DNA from: Dehalococcoidia bacterium
GTDB lineage: Bacteria; Chloroflexota; Dehalococcoidia; Dehalococcoidales; Fen-1064
DNA length: 54,378 bases
Reading direction: 5' to 3'
Assembly: GCA_030691775.1 (NCBI GenBank)
Contig: JAUYDN010000102.1
Location: forward strand, 1-54,378
Shown: positions 8,251 to 16,467 of the stretch, piece after piece
Layout of the letters: every line of letters begins with the position of its first letter
Numbering within the stretch: the first letter of the stretch is position 1
The notes under the pieces: model-generated
The model's input: only the letters and a program-made list of their open reading frames with translations
Database searches by the model: none
Told to the model about the DNA's origin: nothing
Translations under genes and position numbers: made by a program

Positions 8251-9173
8251 TAAATTCTCCCTTGTATTTTGATTAGTTCGCCGTTGTTGTAAATAAAAAA
8301 TGGTATAATACCACCAATATCTATGAAACTTAGAAGATTATTATTCAAAATACCTATAGGTTTGATATTTCTCGGTCTGTTGTTCTTTCTGTTAATAGTA
8401 ATAGCCATCGTAATAGACCTGACCAGGGAAACTAACTCATTTTCAGCATGGGTTTTTAGTTTCGTGACTAATTGGAGTGGAGTCTTAAGTGCAGCAGCCG
8501 CTTTAATCATGGCGATAGCCGCATTCGCAGCCATTCGTGAAAACCGCCGTTCCAGGGCATTGGATAATATACATACTTGGGCACGGGAGACATTAAGGGT
8601 GCTCATGGCTTTGCCTAAAGAAGTAAACGGTTCAAAACAGGCATCTGAAATCATAGGAAAGATAATTATTGACACTACACCAATGGTTAAGGATGCGGTT
8701 AAGCTTGGGTTAGGAAACCAATTTGATTCGGTAAGTAAGGAATTAATTAGACTTAATGCAGCGCTCGAAGATGAATCTTTACCTATAATCGAATTAATGG
8801 AACCATATGGCTTACTAATAGCCCATCTCATGATTCTAAAGACAGTAGAATAAGAAATAAACTGTCTTTGTCCCTTATTGCTATTTTCTACAAATCCCGC
8901 CCGTTGCATAAGAGACGACAGGCGTGCTACGTCTGCTGCCAACGTTGGCTGAAGGTTTGTTTTTGGAGCGTTGAGAAGTAAACTACAAACCGTCATAGTC
9001 TCTTGTCCTTCCCGTTCCACCGTTGGAGCCAATCGACCTCCGGCCTGGGGAGGGACATAGTCGGCGGCTCCTACTTCCGGCCGTTGAATTGCGGACACTT
9101 GAGAAGTTTTGTTGCGTAAAGCGGTATTGTTCGCCCTTACCGTCAAGGCTGTCTCATTCTTACCGTCCGTCAT
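8250..9173 (-). CDS. Hypothetical protein, 307 aa (alternative reading of the same DNA)
   Basis: This is a 924-nt stop-free frame in AT-rich DNA with GGGGGA 5 nt upstream of the ATG. Its start overlaps the upstream gene by 14 nt and its stop overlaps the integrase ATG (TAATG). The C-terminal third is N/K/R-rich and could be an antisense shadow of the TM protein. Confidence 0.35.
   Translation of the reverse strand: MTDGKNETALTVRANNTALRNKTSQVSAIQRPEVGAADYVPPQAGGRLAPTVEREGQETMTVCSLLLNAPKTNLQPTLAADVARLSSLMQRAGFVENSNKGQRQFISYSTVFRIMRWAISKPYGSINSIIGKDSSSSAALSLINSLLTESNWFPNPSLTASLTIGVVSIIIFPMISDACFEPFTSLGKAMSTLNVSRAQVCILSNALERRFSRMAANAAIAMIKAAAALKTPLQLVTKLKTHAENELVSLVRSITMAITINRKNNRPRNIKPIGILNNNLLSFIDIGGIIPFFIYNNGELIKIQGRI
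8323..8853 (+). CDS. Hypothetical two-TM membrane protein, 176 aa (mutually exclusive or overlapping with 8250-9173 minus)
   Basis: Two clean hydrophobic helices (IPIGLIFLGLLFFLLIVIAIVI and WSGVLSAAAALIMAIAAFAAI) are followed by a basic RENRRSR stretch and a helical soluble tail. There is no clear RBS. Confidence 0.45.
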   Translation: MKLRRLLFKIPIGLIFLGLLFFLLIVIAIVIDLTRETNSFSAWVFSFVTNWSGVLSAAAALIMAIAAFAAIRENRRSRALDNIHTWARETLRVLMALPKEVNGSKQASEIIGKIIIDTTPMVKDAVKLGLGNQFDSVSKELIRLNAALEDESLPIIELMEPYGLLIAHLMILKTVE

Positions 9174-9429
9174 TCAATCCCCCGTTCTGCAACAAAGTGG
9201 TATCTTTTGTTGCTAATCCGTTGATAACGCCCGCCACTGTCAAACCATTAGCTTTCAGTATCTTATAGACTAGCCCTCGGCTACACCCTAGCTTTTCCGC
9301 TGCCAGTGGTACACTACGGCAAAGCCGCAAGGCGTCACAAATATCAGTGACAACGATGTTTGTCGCCGCCCGACCAATTCCTAGTGTCGCCGCCACTTTG
9401 CCACAATGCGGACACGTTATTACCTTCAC
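9160..9429 (-). CDS. Small DNA-binding protein with an N-terminal CxxC and a Hin/resolvase-type HTH, 89 aa
   Basis: It has a GTG start with AAGAGG upstream, then CPHCG and PLAAEKLGCSRGLVYKILKANGL (helix-turn-helix). It could be an excision or recombination directionality factor. Confidence 0.55.
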   Translation of the reverse strand: MKVITCPHCGKVAATLGIGRAATNIVVTDICDALRLCRSVPLAAEKLGCSRGLVYKILKANGLTVAGVINGLATKDTTLLQNGGLNDGR

Positions 9430-9596
9430 TGGTAACCTCTTGCTGTTATCCGGCGCTCTTCATATTTGACGTTCAGTTTGTTTTTTATTCGTGTACTTCT
9501 TCTACAGGTTGGCCGCCGGAGCCAGTACGGGGGACGAAGCCCGAACCAGCTTTTAACGCCGTTGACGAGACGGCAACCGGCGGCACACGACCTGAA

Positions 9597-11384
9597 TTAG
9601 TCATTATTTTCACGTCTCCATAGGTTGTCGGAAATTATCTTGCCGTGCCTCCCACCAGTGTAATAATTGCAGTACAACCCCACTGGATTCATCTCTCCCC
9701 AATCTTTAGACTTGACTATCTTACATTTACCCATCATGCTAGTTTTACCTTGACTTACCGTGTCCAACGAGAGGTACAGATTAGATAGCTTCGCGCTGTA
9801 TACACCGCCATAACCCATGTCTTTATCTTTCTGTTTCTGCAAAGCGAATATGACTAGCCCCTTGCCCAGTTTTCGTTGTAGCTTCTTAATTACCGCGCCA
9901 ATCATGTAAACCTGCTGATTTTCTCCCTCTCCATCCAAATCAAGGTAGTCAATTACGTTTATACCGTCCGGGTCTATAACATCGTAAAATTCAAAGTCTG
10001 TCTGCTTTATAGCCTTGAACTGTTTACCTAACTCATTTACTAAGTTGGGGTAATCTTCCAGTCTCAATAACATCCTGTCCTCTGACATTTCGTTAAACCA
10101 GTAGTAGACAGGCATATCTTGAGTACCTACGTTGAGCTCACATACTTCGAGTAAAAACGCTGTCTTTCCGGCTGATGTATACCCCGCGACTCCTATCACA
10201 CTTCCAGGGGGGACATTGACGTATTGATTGAGTCCCAGGGGGAACTTGATTGATAAATTAGACTGTTTTCTGTAATCTGCCAGTGTTAGGAATTTATAAT
10301 CTTTGTTGACCCACTCTAATATGTCGTGCCTTCCCTGCCAGGGTCTTATCTGTGTTTCATCCAAACGCCTCTTTACTATCTGCCGGAAGGTGTCACTGGT
10401 TGGTTGAAGTCCAATTGAAAGGGCAATGTCACGGCGTGACATTTTCCCGGCATCTTTTAGAACACTGTCAAAGCTAGCGGAGTAGTTTTGCCGCTTTTTG
10501 TTGTCCGTACTTTGAAAGGAATCTGTCACGGTTTTGTCACGGTTTTGAAAGGTTTTAGAATCGTTTAGTGTATCTTCAGTGGCATTAAATATAATAGAAT
10601 TATTATATCCAGTGTTTTTACGCTCTTGGTACTTTGAATAGAAACGGCTAATCTTCTCTAAAATTACACTTTCTTCTAATGGAGGCTGATTTTTCTTGTT
10701 CCAGTCCAGCATGATATGCTCTGTTACATCAGCCGGTAGATTGTTGCGGAAGTAGCCAATTAGACGTTTGGCGCTGTCGTCGCGCTCCCCTTGTTTAACA
10801 CCCTGTAATAGAGAGCTAACCCACCCAGGTTGATTGCCAGAGGTTTTATTTTCCTCTGGTTTATGATTAGTATATATCCCTATATCTGCCAAACTGTCTA
10901 TCGTTCTAATTGGCACATCGGGATTGATTATTTCGTATGGTGTGCCGGACGGATGTATTGAAGGCCATGCAATGACATAACCGCCTTCAGCTTTAAGGTC
11001 AATTTTGGGGAATTTCTGAGACTTGATGGTTTGGGGAAGTCTTACGTATACGTGTATACCCCTGCTAGTGCGGACTAATCGTGTGAATGTAAACAAGTCT
11101 AACTTGAGACTGTCTTTTGTATAATCAAGGTACCGATACCATGTTTCGTGGTCGTCAAAGTCAAGCACTACCAAGTTACCCGACACGGCACCACACACAA
11201 TAGCAATGCTTGCGGTCCCGTTAGATTTCCAATGTGCAATCTCGTCTTCAGTCGGCTGCCGTTCTTGATAAACTTTCCAGGGAGCGGCAGCCTCTTTACT
11301 TCTCGCTGGAATAGGAAAGAATGAAAGCCCTTCGCTATGGTATTGGTCTATAGCTCGTTGTATAGATTCGGTCGTCATCGTCAT
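9597..11384 (-). CDS. Bifunctional primase-polymerase (Prim-Pol) fused to a P-loop helicase/RepA-like domain, 595 aa
   Basis: The N-terminus GLSFFPIPARSKEAAAPWKVYQ..IAIVCGAVSGNLVVLDFDD is the Prim-Pol signature. The C-terminus has Walker A GYTSAGKT and a DnaB/RecA-like core. Confidence 0.85.
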   Translation of the reverse strand: MTMTTESIQRAIDQYHSEGLSFFPIPARSKEAAAPWKVYQERQPTEDEIAHWKSNGTASIAIVCGAVSGNLVVLDFDDHETWYRYLDYTKDSLKLDLFTFTRLVRTSRGIHVYVRLPQTIKSQKFPKIDLKAEGGYVIAWPSIHPSGTPYEIINPDVPIRTIDSLADIGIYTNHKPEENKTSGNQPGWVSSLLQGVKQGERDDSAKRLIGYFRNNLPADVTEHIMLDWNKKNQPPLEESVILEKISRFYSKYQERKNTGYNNSIIFNATEDTLNDSKTFQNRDKTVTDSFQSTDNKKRQNYSASFDSVLKDAGKMSRRDIALSIGLQPTSDTFRQIVKRRLDETQIRPWQGRHDILEWVNKDYKFLTLADYRKQSNLSIKFPLGLNQYVNVPPGSVIGVAGYTSAGKTAFLLEVCELNVGTQDMPVYYWFNEMSEDRMLLRLEDYPNLVNELGKQFKAIKQTDFEFYDVIDPDGINVIDYLDLDGEGENQQVYMIGAVIKKLQRKLGKGLVIFALQKQKDKDMGYGGVYSAKLSNLYLSLDTVSQGKTSMMGKCKIVKSKDWGEMNPVGLYCNYYTGGRHGKIISDNLWRRENND

Positions 11385-11603
11385 ACCTGCATACCCTCGT
11401 CCATTTTGAAGCCGTTACGGTGGTCATCTCTGCTCCTCTTGCGCTCTCTGCAATAGCCGTGCCCAGGCTCGCCGCCACTGTTCCCGCATCGCCGGGGACA
11501 CTTTCCCCGGTTCAATTCGGACGGTGACCATAGGCTCCGGCTTCTGTGACTTGGTATCCGATTTAGGCACTTTTGGTCTCCGGTATGTCCTCGGTCTCAG
11601 GCA

Positions 11604-11780
11604 TTATTTCGGTTGACTCCCACCTTTTCGTTTCGGGCGCACTCTCAAGATGCCGTTGGCTATTACTTCCACTTTATCCCCAGGTCTAAGGCTGTAATAC
11701 TCAGCCCACGATTTCGGTATGGTTATCACTAAGCCACCATCGCCCATACGAATTAGACTTCGCTCTGTGATACTTGGCAT
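11604..11780 (-). CDS. AbrB/MazE/SpoVT-type DNA-binding protein, 58 aa (below the ORF-track length cutoff)
   Basis: The reverse strand encodes MPSITERSLIRMGDGGLVITIPKSWAEYYSLRPGDKVEVIANGILRVRPKRKGGSQPK. The looped-hinge-helix motif (ITIPK..GD.V) is typical. It heads the replication/recombination gene string. Confidence 0.7.
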   Translation of the reverse strand: MPSITERSLIRMGDGGLVITIPKSWAEYYSLRPGDKVEVIANGILRVRPKRKGGSQPK

Positions 11781-11865
11781 TGCACTTATCCTCCCTATAA
11801 GATATTCTAGAAGCCATGCGAAGTTTATGGTGCTGAAAAACTGCTGAATTTTTGATGATTTTAAG

Positions 11866-13188
11866 GTGAAACAGGTGGAGCAAAAGATAGTTAATCCAAA
11901 AATCCGCGACTGGGAAGTGAAAGTGAAGGTATGGCAACGTCAAGCTATCGGTGACAAAAAGAGTGCCATACGTAGGTATTTTGAACTTCACGCTGGCAAG
12001 GATGGTTATCCGGAGCTTACCCCTGATAGAGCTACCATAGCTAAAATATGTGATGAATTGCGCACGTTATCACCAGAGTTAGTCCTGAAACTGCCATCAG
12101 AAGTCCAAGCATACGCAAAAAAACTCAACCCACACCTAAAAGAAAGTCTGGGACTACAACCCAGAAATAGTCGTAAAACCTTAACTGTTGAAGAAATCGT
12201 AATTGGAGAAGAGCGGAAACAAGCAATTCTCAAACACCGAGATGCCCTTCGCGACGTGGCAAGTCAGTGGAAATCTCAAATATGGCTTCCGCCTCCTTGG
12301 CGATGGGATATGGCAAACCTCAGGTATGTGTTCTATGTAGATACCAAGAATCAAGGAGCGGGAAATAAATATAAATTGCCAGAAGAATTGGTTAGAGGAG
12401 AGGAGTCTAGAGGTCACGTAAGGGCCTTTATAGAAAGTCAACGTTCTGTAACCTGGGATGTACTAGAGGACGAGTCAATTGTGGTAAAAGCCCCGGTCGA
12501 AGACGAGCCTCTTTTTGACCACTTAAAAGTACACACTGAGGGGGCGCCAGCCTGGAGGCTGTTCACCGAATGGAATAAGAAGGGTGGCACCTACCTACGG
12601 CTTTGTTCGTCGCTGCTCGCTAGAATTGAACAGGATACAAAAAGTTCGATGGGGGCAAAATCTGAGCTTTCTTGGTGGAGTATATATCACGATGCTTTTT
12701 GCACTGAAGATACGCTGCTCTGTTGCGAGAGATGCGGAACCGAGAACCCTTACGCCTTCACTTGTCCTATTTGCGGTGGCAAGTTCTCACAGGAGGAAGA
12801 AATTACACGGCACATAGGGAATAATCATCCCAAAGCTGACCCCAAAGCGTGGCGTTTGCCGTCCTGCCAGAATTGTTTTATGTCTTTGGGCTGGCTGAGA
12901 CCTCGTGTCAAAGGATATGAGCGTGTCATCAACAATCCGCAATCTGTGGCGATTGCCATTGACCGCGGGACTATTATTGAGGAATCGGTAGAAATCGAGC
13001 GTTACGAAAGTTACATCCGAGGACACGCAGGCTTGAGAGACAAATATCTAGGTTGCGACTTGGTCAAGACTATATTGCAAAGGGAAAAGGAAGTTAGGCA
13101 AGTCCAGGAACGGCTTATCGGTGAACTTACATCCCTATCAGAGCAAAAGGTTTTTTATGGTAAATACCCGGCTTGTCCAGATTACTAA
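11866..13188 (+). CDS. Hypothetical protein with a classical C2H2 zinc finger, 440 aa
   Basis: CERCG followed by FTCPICGGKFSQEEEITRHIGNNH (C-x2-C-x12-H-x5-H). I recognised no other family. The start may be GTG 11866 or GTG 11875 (AAGGTG upstream). It is divergent from the AbrB gene and convergent with the methyltransferase. Confidence 0.6.
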   Translation: MKQVEQKIVNPKIRDWEVKVKVWQRQAIGDKKSAIRRYFELHAGKDGYPELTPDRATIAKICDELRTLSPELVLKLPSEVQAYAKKLNPHLKESLGLQPRNSRKTLTVEEIVIGEERKQAILKHRDALRDVASQWKSQIWLPPPWRWDMANLRYVFYVDTKNQGAGNKYKLPEELVRGEESRGHVRAFIESQRSVTWDVLEDESIVVKAPVEDEPLFDHLKVHTEGAPAWRLFTEWNKKGGTYLRLCSSLLARIEQDTKSSMGAKSELSWWSIYHDAFCTEDTLLCCERCGTENPYAFTCPICGGKFSQEEEITRHIGNNHPKADPKAWRLPSCQNCFMSLGWLRPRVKGYERVINNPQSVAIAIDRGTIIEESVEIERYESYIRGHAGLRDKYLGCDLVKTILQREKEVRQVQERLIGELTSLSEQKVFYGKYPACPDY

Positions 13189-13280
13189 GTCAAGGTGACA
13201 CTAAATCTGGCAACTTTTGAGAGGAATTTGGCTTTTTTACGTGGGAAGCGTCACAAACCGCTACATTGTTACCTGCTGGG

Positions 13281-16200
13281 CTAGCTTCTTCCCTCCACCA
13301 CCGCTATCTCCTCCGGTGTGAGTTCATAAAGCTGGTAAACCAACTGGTCTATTTGTGCTTCCAGTTCTTTAACTTGAGCTTGCTTGGCTGGGTTGGAAAG
13401 GTAGTCTTCATCTTTAGTAATGGTGAGGATTTGGTCAACCAATTGTATGATCGGTTTTTGGTTGATTTTCCGGAAATCTGGACATGGGACTTTGCCTATA
13501 TACTGTTCATCGTATCTTGTGCTTCGTATGGCGTTACTATACACGAACTTATACAATAGCCACGCAAAGAGTTTTGAATTGTTAATGGCTAAAAGGAATT
13601 TGATGTCAACAGAATTCTCTCTAACAAAAGTGCAAGAAATGGTCTCAAAAACTAACCTGTTCTCCAAATCAAGAGCAGCCTGCAAGAAGAAATGTGGATA
13701 AGGATTCTGAACGTGAGCTGGCGCAAGCTGATTGAGGATTTTTGGTTTTTGCTCGTATTGGTATTCATTTCGATTAAATTTCCTGAGGTCTATGAAATCC
13801 GTAGCCTTGTCTAAGAAGTACGGCGAAAGCTGAGCACCTCTATGAATTGGTGTAGTCCCTAGTTTTTTGTTAGCTTGACTCTGCCAATTCAAACCTCGTT
13901 CTATGGAGACATAATCTACCCACCTTTTGCCAAGTCTGCCAATGATATTCTTTATGATTTTCATTTCGTCGACAGTCTGCCCTGTCAAGAGAACATTACT
14001 TTCCGCAAAAACTTGCTTTGATACTTCAGTTAGCTCTCTTACTTCGTACCCGTCATATACTCCATTAATATAAGATAAACACCCGTGTCCTACGACTTTG
14101 ATAAAAATGACTTGCTCCAGCTTCACTTCTTCAAATGCTTTCCCTGTATCGATGAGCTTCTGCAATCCCTGAACAACAACACTGGCACATTTATTCCAAC
14201 CCATGGAATAGCAAAGGGATTTCGGCACTATGAATGTGTGTACTCCTCCTGTGCGCAATAGTTCCATTGCTCGGTAAATGAAATATATGGCGGAGTTCTT
14301 TACCTGCGACTTTAGCTTGATATATCGACTATCTAAGAACGTCCTCTCAATTTCACTCAGTTCCGCGCCGTATGGTGGATTTGCAATCACCACATCAAAG
14401 CCATTCGGCTCGTGAAAAACCTCAGAAAAGTAAATCTCAAAGTCAAAGGTTTTCTTGTTATCGGTTAACTGCATAATTAGCTGGTCAATTTGCTGTTTAT
14501 ATTCCTGCTTTTTCTTGGCGTTAGTTTCTTCAAAATGTAACGGCTTCAATCTTTCAAGCTCAGCAAACAATGGCCAGTTCTCAATCCTGCGCTCTACTCC
14601 CAACAAGGAATTCCCGCAAACAATCTTGTAGTCCAGGTTGGGCAAAGGCTGAATCTGCTTGATATCGTCTTCGTCCACCACCAGTGAAAGCCATAGTCTG
14701 AGCTTGGCAATCTCCACCGCTCCGGGGTCAATATCTACACCATACAGGCAGTTCTGGATAGCATGCCGTTTAAAGTGGTAATTTGTTCTCCCCGTTTTAT
14801 CCGGCATGTAAGTGGTGAGCGTGTTTCTTGCGCGGACGATTTCCGTCATTAAGCCTACTGGGAAAGCTCCGGAACCAATGGCAGGGTCGCACACTCTGAT
14901 ATTAGCTAATGCGTCATCAATCATAGCGGCATTAAAGCGGATACTCGGTGGCAACTTATAGGAATAATCACGGGTCTCTTTGCCCTGACTTTCCACATGA
15001 GTATCGTGCTCAATCGTAAGCTCGCCCATCCGCACCAGGGCTTCAATGTCTTCACGTGGCACGCGGTTAGTATGACCTTCGGTCTTCAAGGCTTGCTGTT
15101 GCACGGCGGGGGCGCCAAATAGTTTTAAATTAACCGGCTTTTCTTTGGCCAATGGCACCTCGCCGGTGTTTACCGCTGTATCCAGATAATTGATAAGACT
15201 CTCCTGGCACATATAATGGACAATTTCACGCGGGGTGTAATAAGTGCCTTTGGACTTGCGGTCTTTGACTTCCAGCAGGTTTTCAAATACCTTGCCCAGC
15301 ATCTCCGGGTCAACGGCGACCTCTTTATCCAGCGGCTCATCCTCTTTGACGGTAAAGTTGTAGCGGTCAAAAACATCCAGGATGCCGGTGCCGGTATCTC
15401 CTTCTTTTGTTTTTTTGGTATTGGAGAAGAGTTCATTGGGCAAAAGCATATCGGTATGGTCCCAACTATAACCATTGATCGGGTCAAAGAGACCGCCGTT
15501 CAGGAAAGGAATTTTACAGTTGAAACGCGGATAATAAGCTGGGTCAATGGTGCCACGTTCCTGTTTAGCAAGCGCGTCATAAAACAGGTATTCCAGATAA
15601 CCGTTGAAAAAATTGGCTTTACTATTGCTGGCTCTATCAAACAAAGTGCGTAAAAAACGTCTATCTCCATCACCCCATTTTCTATCTTCAGGCACTCCTA
15701 GCCAGCCTTTTTTCTGTAGAAAGTAGAGGAAGACAATCTGCCCTAATAGCTTCTTGGCAAAGTTGATGCTATCCAGTTGTTTATCAATAAACTCCTTGTG
15801 AACGGACTCATTATCGGCGGCAAGAGTATCGAGAGATTCCTTAACACTAATATAAAGTTGCTTATATTTTTCGAAGAACTCTCTGGTGACAACCTCAACA
15901 CTGAACGCCTTTTCAAGCTCAGCAAGAGATGGCGTTTTAACATCATTCTCAAGGATATCAATGAGTTGCCGTTGGGCGGTATGGCTGCTCTCGTTTTCCC
16001 CTACCAGAAACGAATAGCGGCGCGCTGGTGTCAATACGGTCTCGATTTTTGTTTTCCCAGTAAGTGTGCTGGCAAGTTCATAATCCATTTTCACTAGGGA
16101 AAAACGCCAGTCATTATCGTCCGGCGAGACAAAAGCAACAAGCGCGGCCTCCTTATTATCTCTGCCCTTTAAGTACCGGGCGATGTAGTTACGCTGCATG

Positions 16201-16466
16201 ACGCGGGCGCGTTCCAGTGAGCCTTCTTTTTTTAGGCGCACGACAAGTATATCTATCTTGTTATGGTTTTCATCCTCATATTTACCGATACGCTTTAGGC
16301 TCTGGATGCCTTCATCGTAAGCCTGGGCGACAGTATTGCCGCGATAATGCAGAACATCAGGGTCAAGGTGTTTGACCAAATTCCGGCTGAAATTGGTGAA
16401 GTTGGCTTCGTTAAATTGATTTTCGAAGGTATCCCGGATAAGCCTAGTAGCCGCCTGTCTTTCCAT
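13281..16466 (-). CDS. N6-adenine DNA methyltransferase, Eco57I/PglX-like (gamma class) with a large N-terminal region and a C-terminal TRD-like region, 1061 aa
   Basis: It has motif I VCDPAIGSGAFPVG, motif IV VVIANPPYG and a C-terminal coiled tail (AKQAQVKELEAQIDQLVYQLYELTPEEI). The ATG lies 1 nt after the helicase stop (TAAGATG), with GGAGAG inside the helicase 3' end. Confidence 0.9.
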   Translation of the reverse strand: MERQAATRLIRDTFENQFNEANFTNFSRNLVKHLDPDVLHYRGNTVAQAYDEGIQSLKRIGKYEDENHNKIDILVVRLKKEGSLERARVMQRNYIARYLKGRDNKEAALVAFVSPDDNDWRFSLVKMDYELASTLTGKTKIETVLTPARRYSFLVGENESSHTAQRQLIDILENDVKTPSLAELEKAFSVEVVTREFFEKYKQLYISVKESLDTLAADNESVHKEFIDKQLDSINFAKKLLGQIVFLYFLQKKGWLGVPEDRKWGDGDRRFLRTLFDRASNSKANFFNGYLEYLFYDALAKQERGTIDPAYYPRFNCKIPFLNGGLFDPINGYSWDHTDMLLPNELFSNTKKTKEGDTGTGILDVFDRYNFTVKEDEPLDKEVAVDPEMLGKVFENLLEVKDRKSKGTYYTPREIVHYMCQESLINYLDTAVNTGEVPLAKEKPVNLKLFGAPAVQQQALKTEGHTNRVPREDIEALVRMGELTIEHDTHVESQGKETRDYSYKLPPSIRFNAAMIDDALANIRVCDPAIGSGAFPVGLMTEIVRARNTLTTYMPDKTGRTNYHFKRHAIQNCLYGVDIDPGAVEIAKLRLWLSLVVDEDDIKQIQPLPNLDYKIVCGNSLLGVERRIENWPLFAELERLKPLHFEETNAKKKQEYKQQIDQLIMQLTDNKKTFDFEIYFSEVFHEPNGFDVVIANPPYGAELSEIERTFLDSRYIKLKSQVKNSAIYFIYRAMELLRTGGVHTFIVPKSLCYSMGWNKCASVVVQGLQKLIDTGKAFEEVKLEQVIFIKVVGHGCLSYINGVYDGYEVRELTEVSKQVFAESNVLLTGQTVDEMKIIKNIIGRLGKRWVDYVSIERGLNWQSQANKKLGTTPIHRGAQLSPYFLDKATDFIDLRKFNRNEYQYEQKPKILNQLAPAHVQNPYPHFFLQAALDLENRLVFETISCTFVRENSVDIKFLLAINNSKLFAWLLYKFVYSNAIRSTRYDEQYIGKVPCPDFRKINQKPIIQLVDQILTITKDEDYLSNPAKQAQVKELEAQIDQLVYQLYELTPEEIAVVEGRS

Positions 16467-16467
16467 C

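Noticed and set aside
11421-11528. 35-codon minus-strand ORF (MVTVRIEPGKVSPAMREQWRRAWARLLQRAQEEQR) between the AbrB gene and the replicase
   Set aside because: It is too short and lacks a convincing RBS to call as a feature. It is mentioned only because it fills the gap in an otherwise tight operon.
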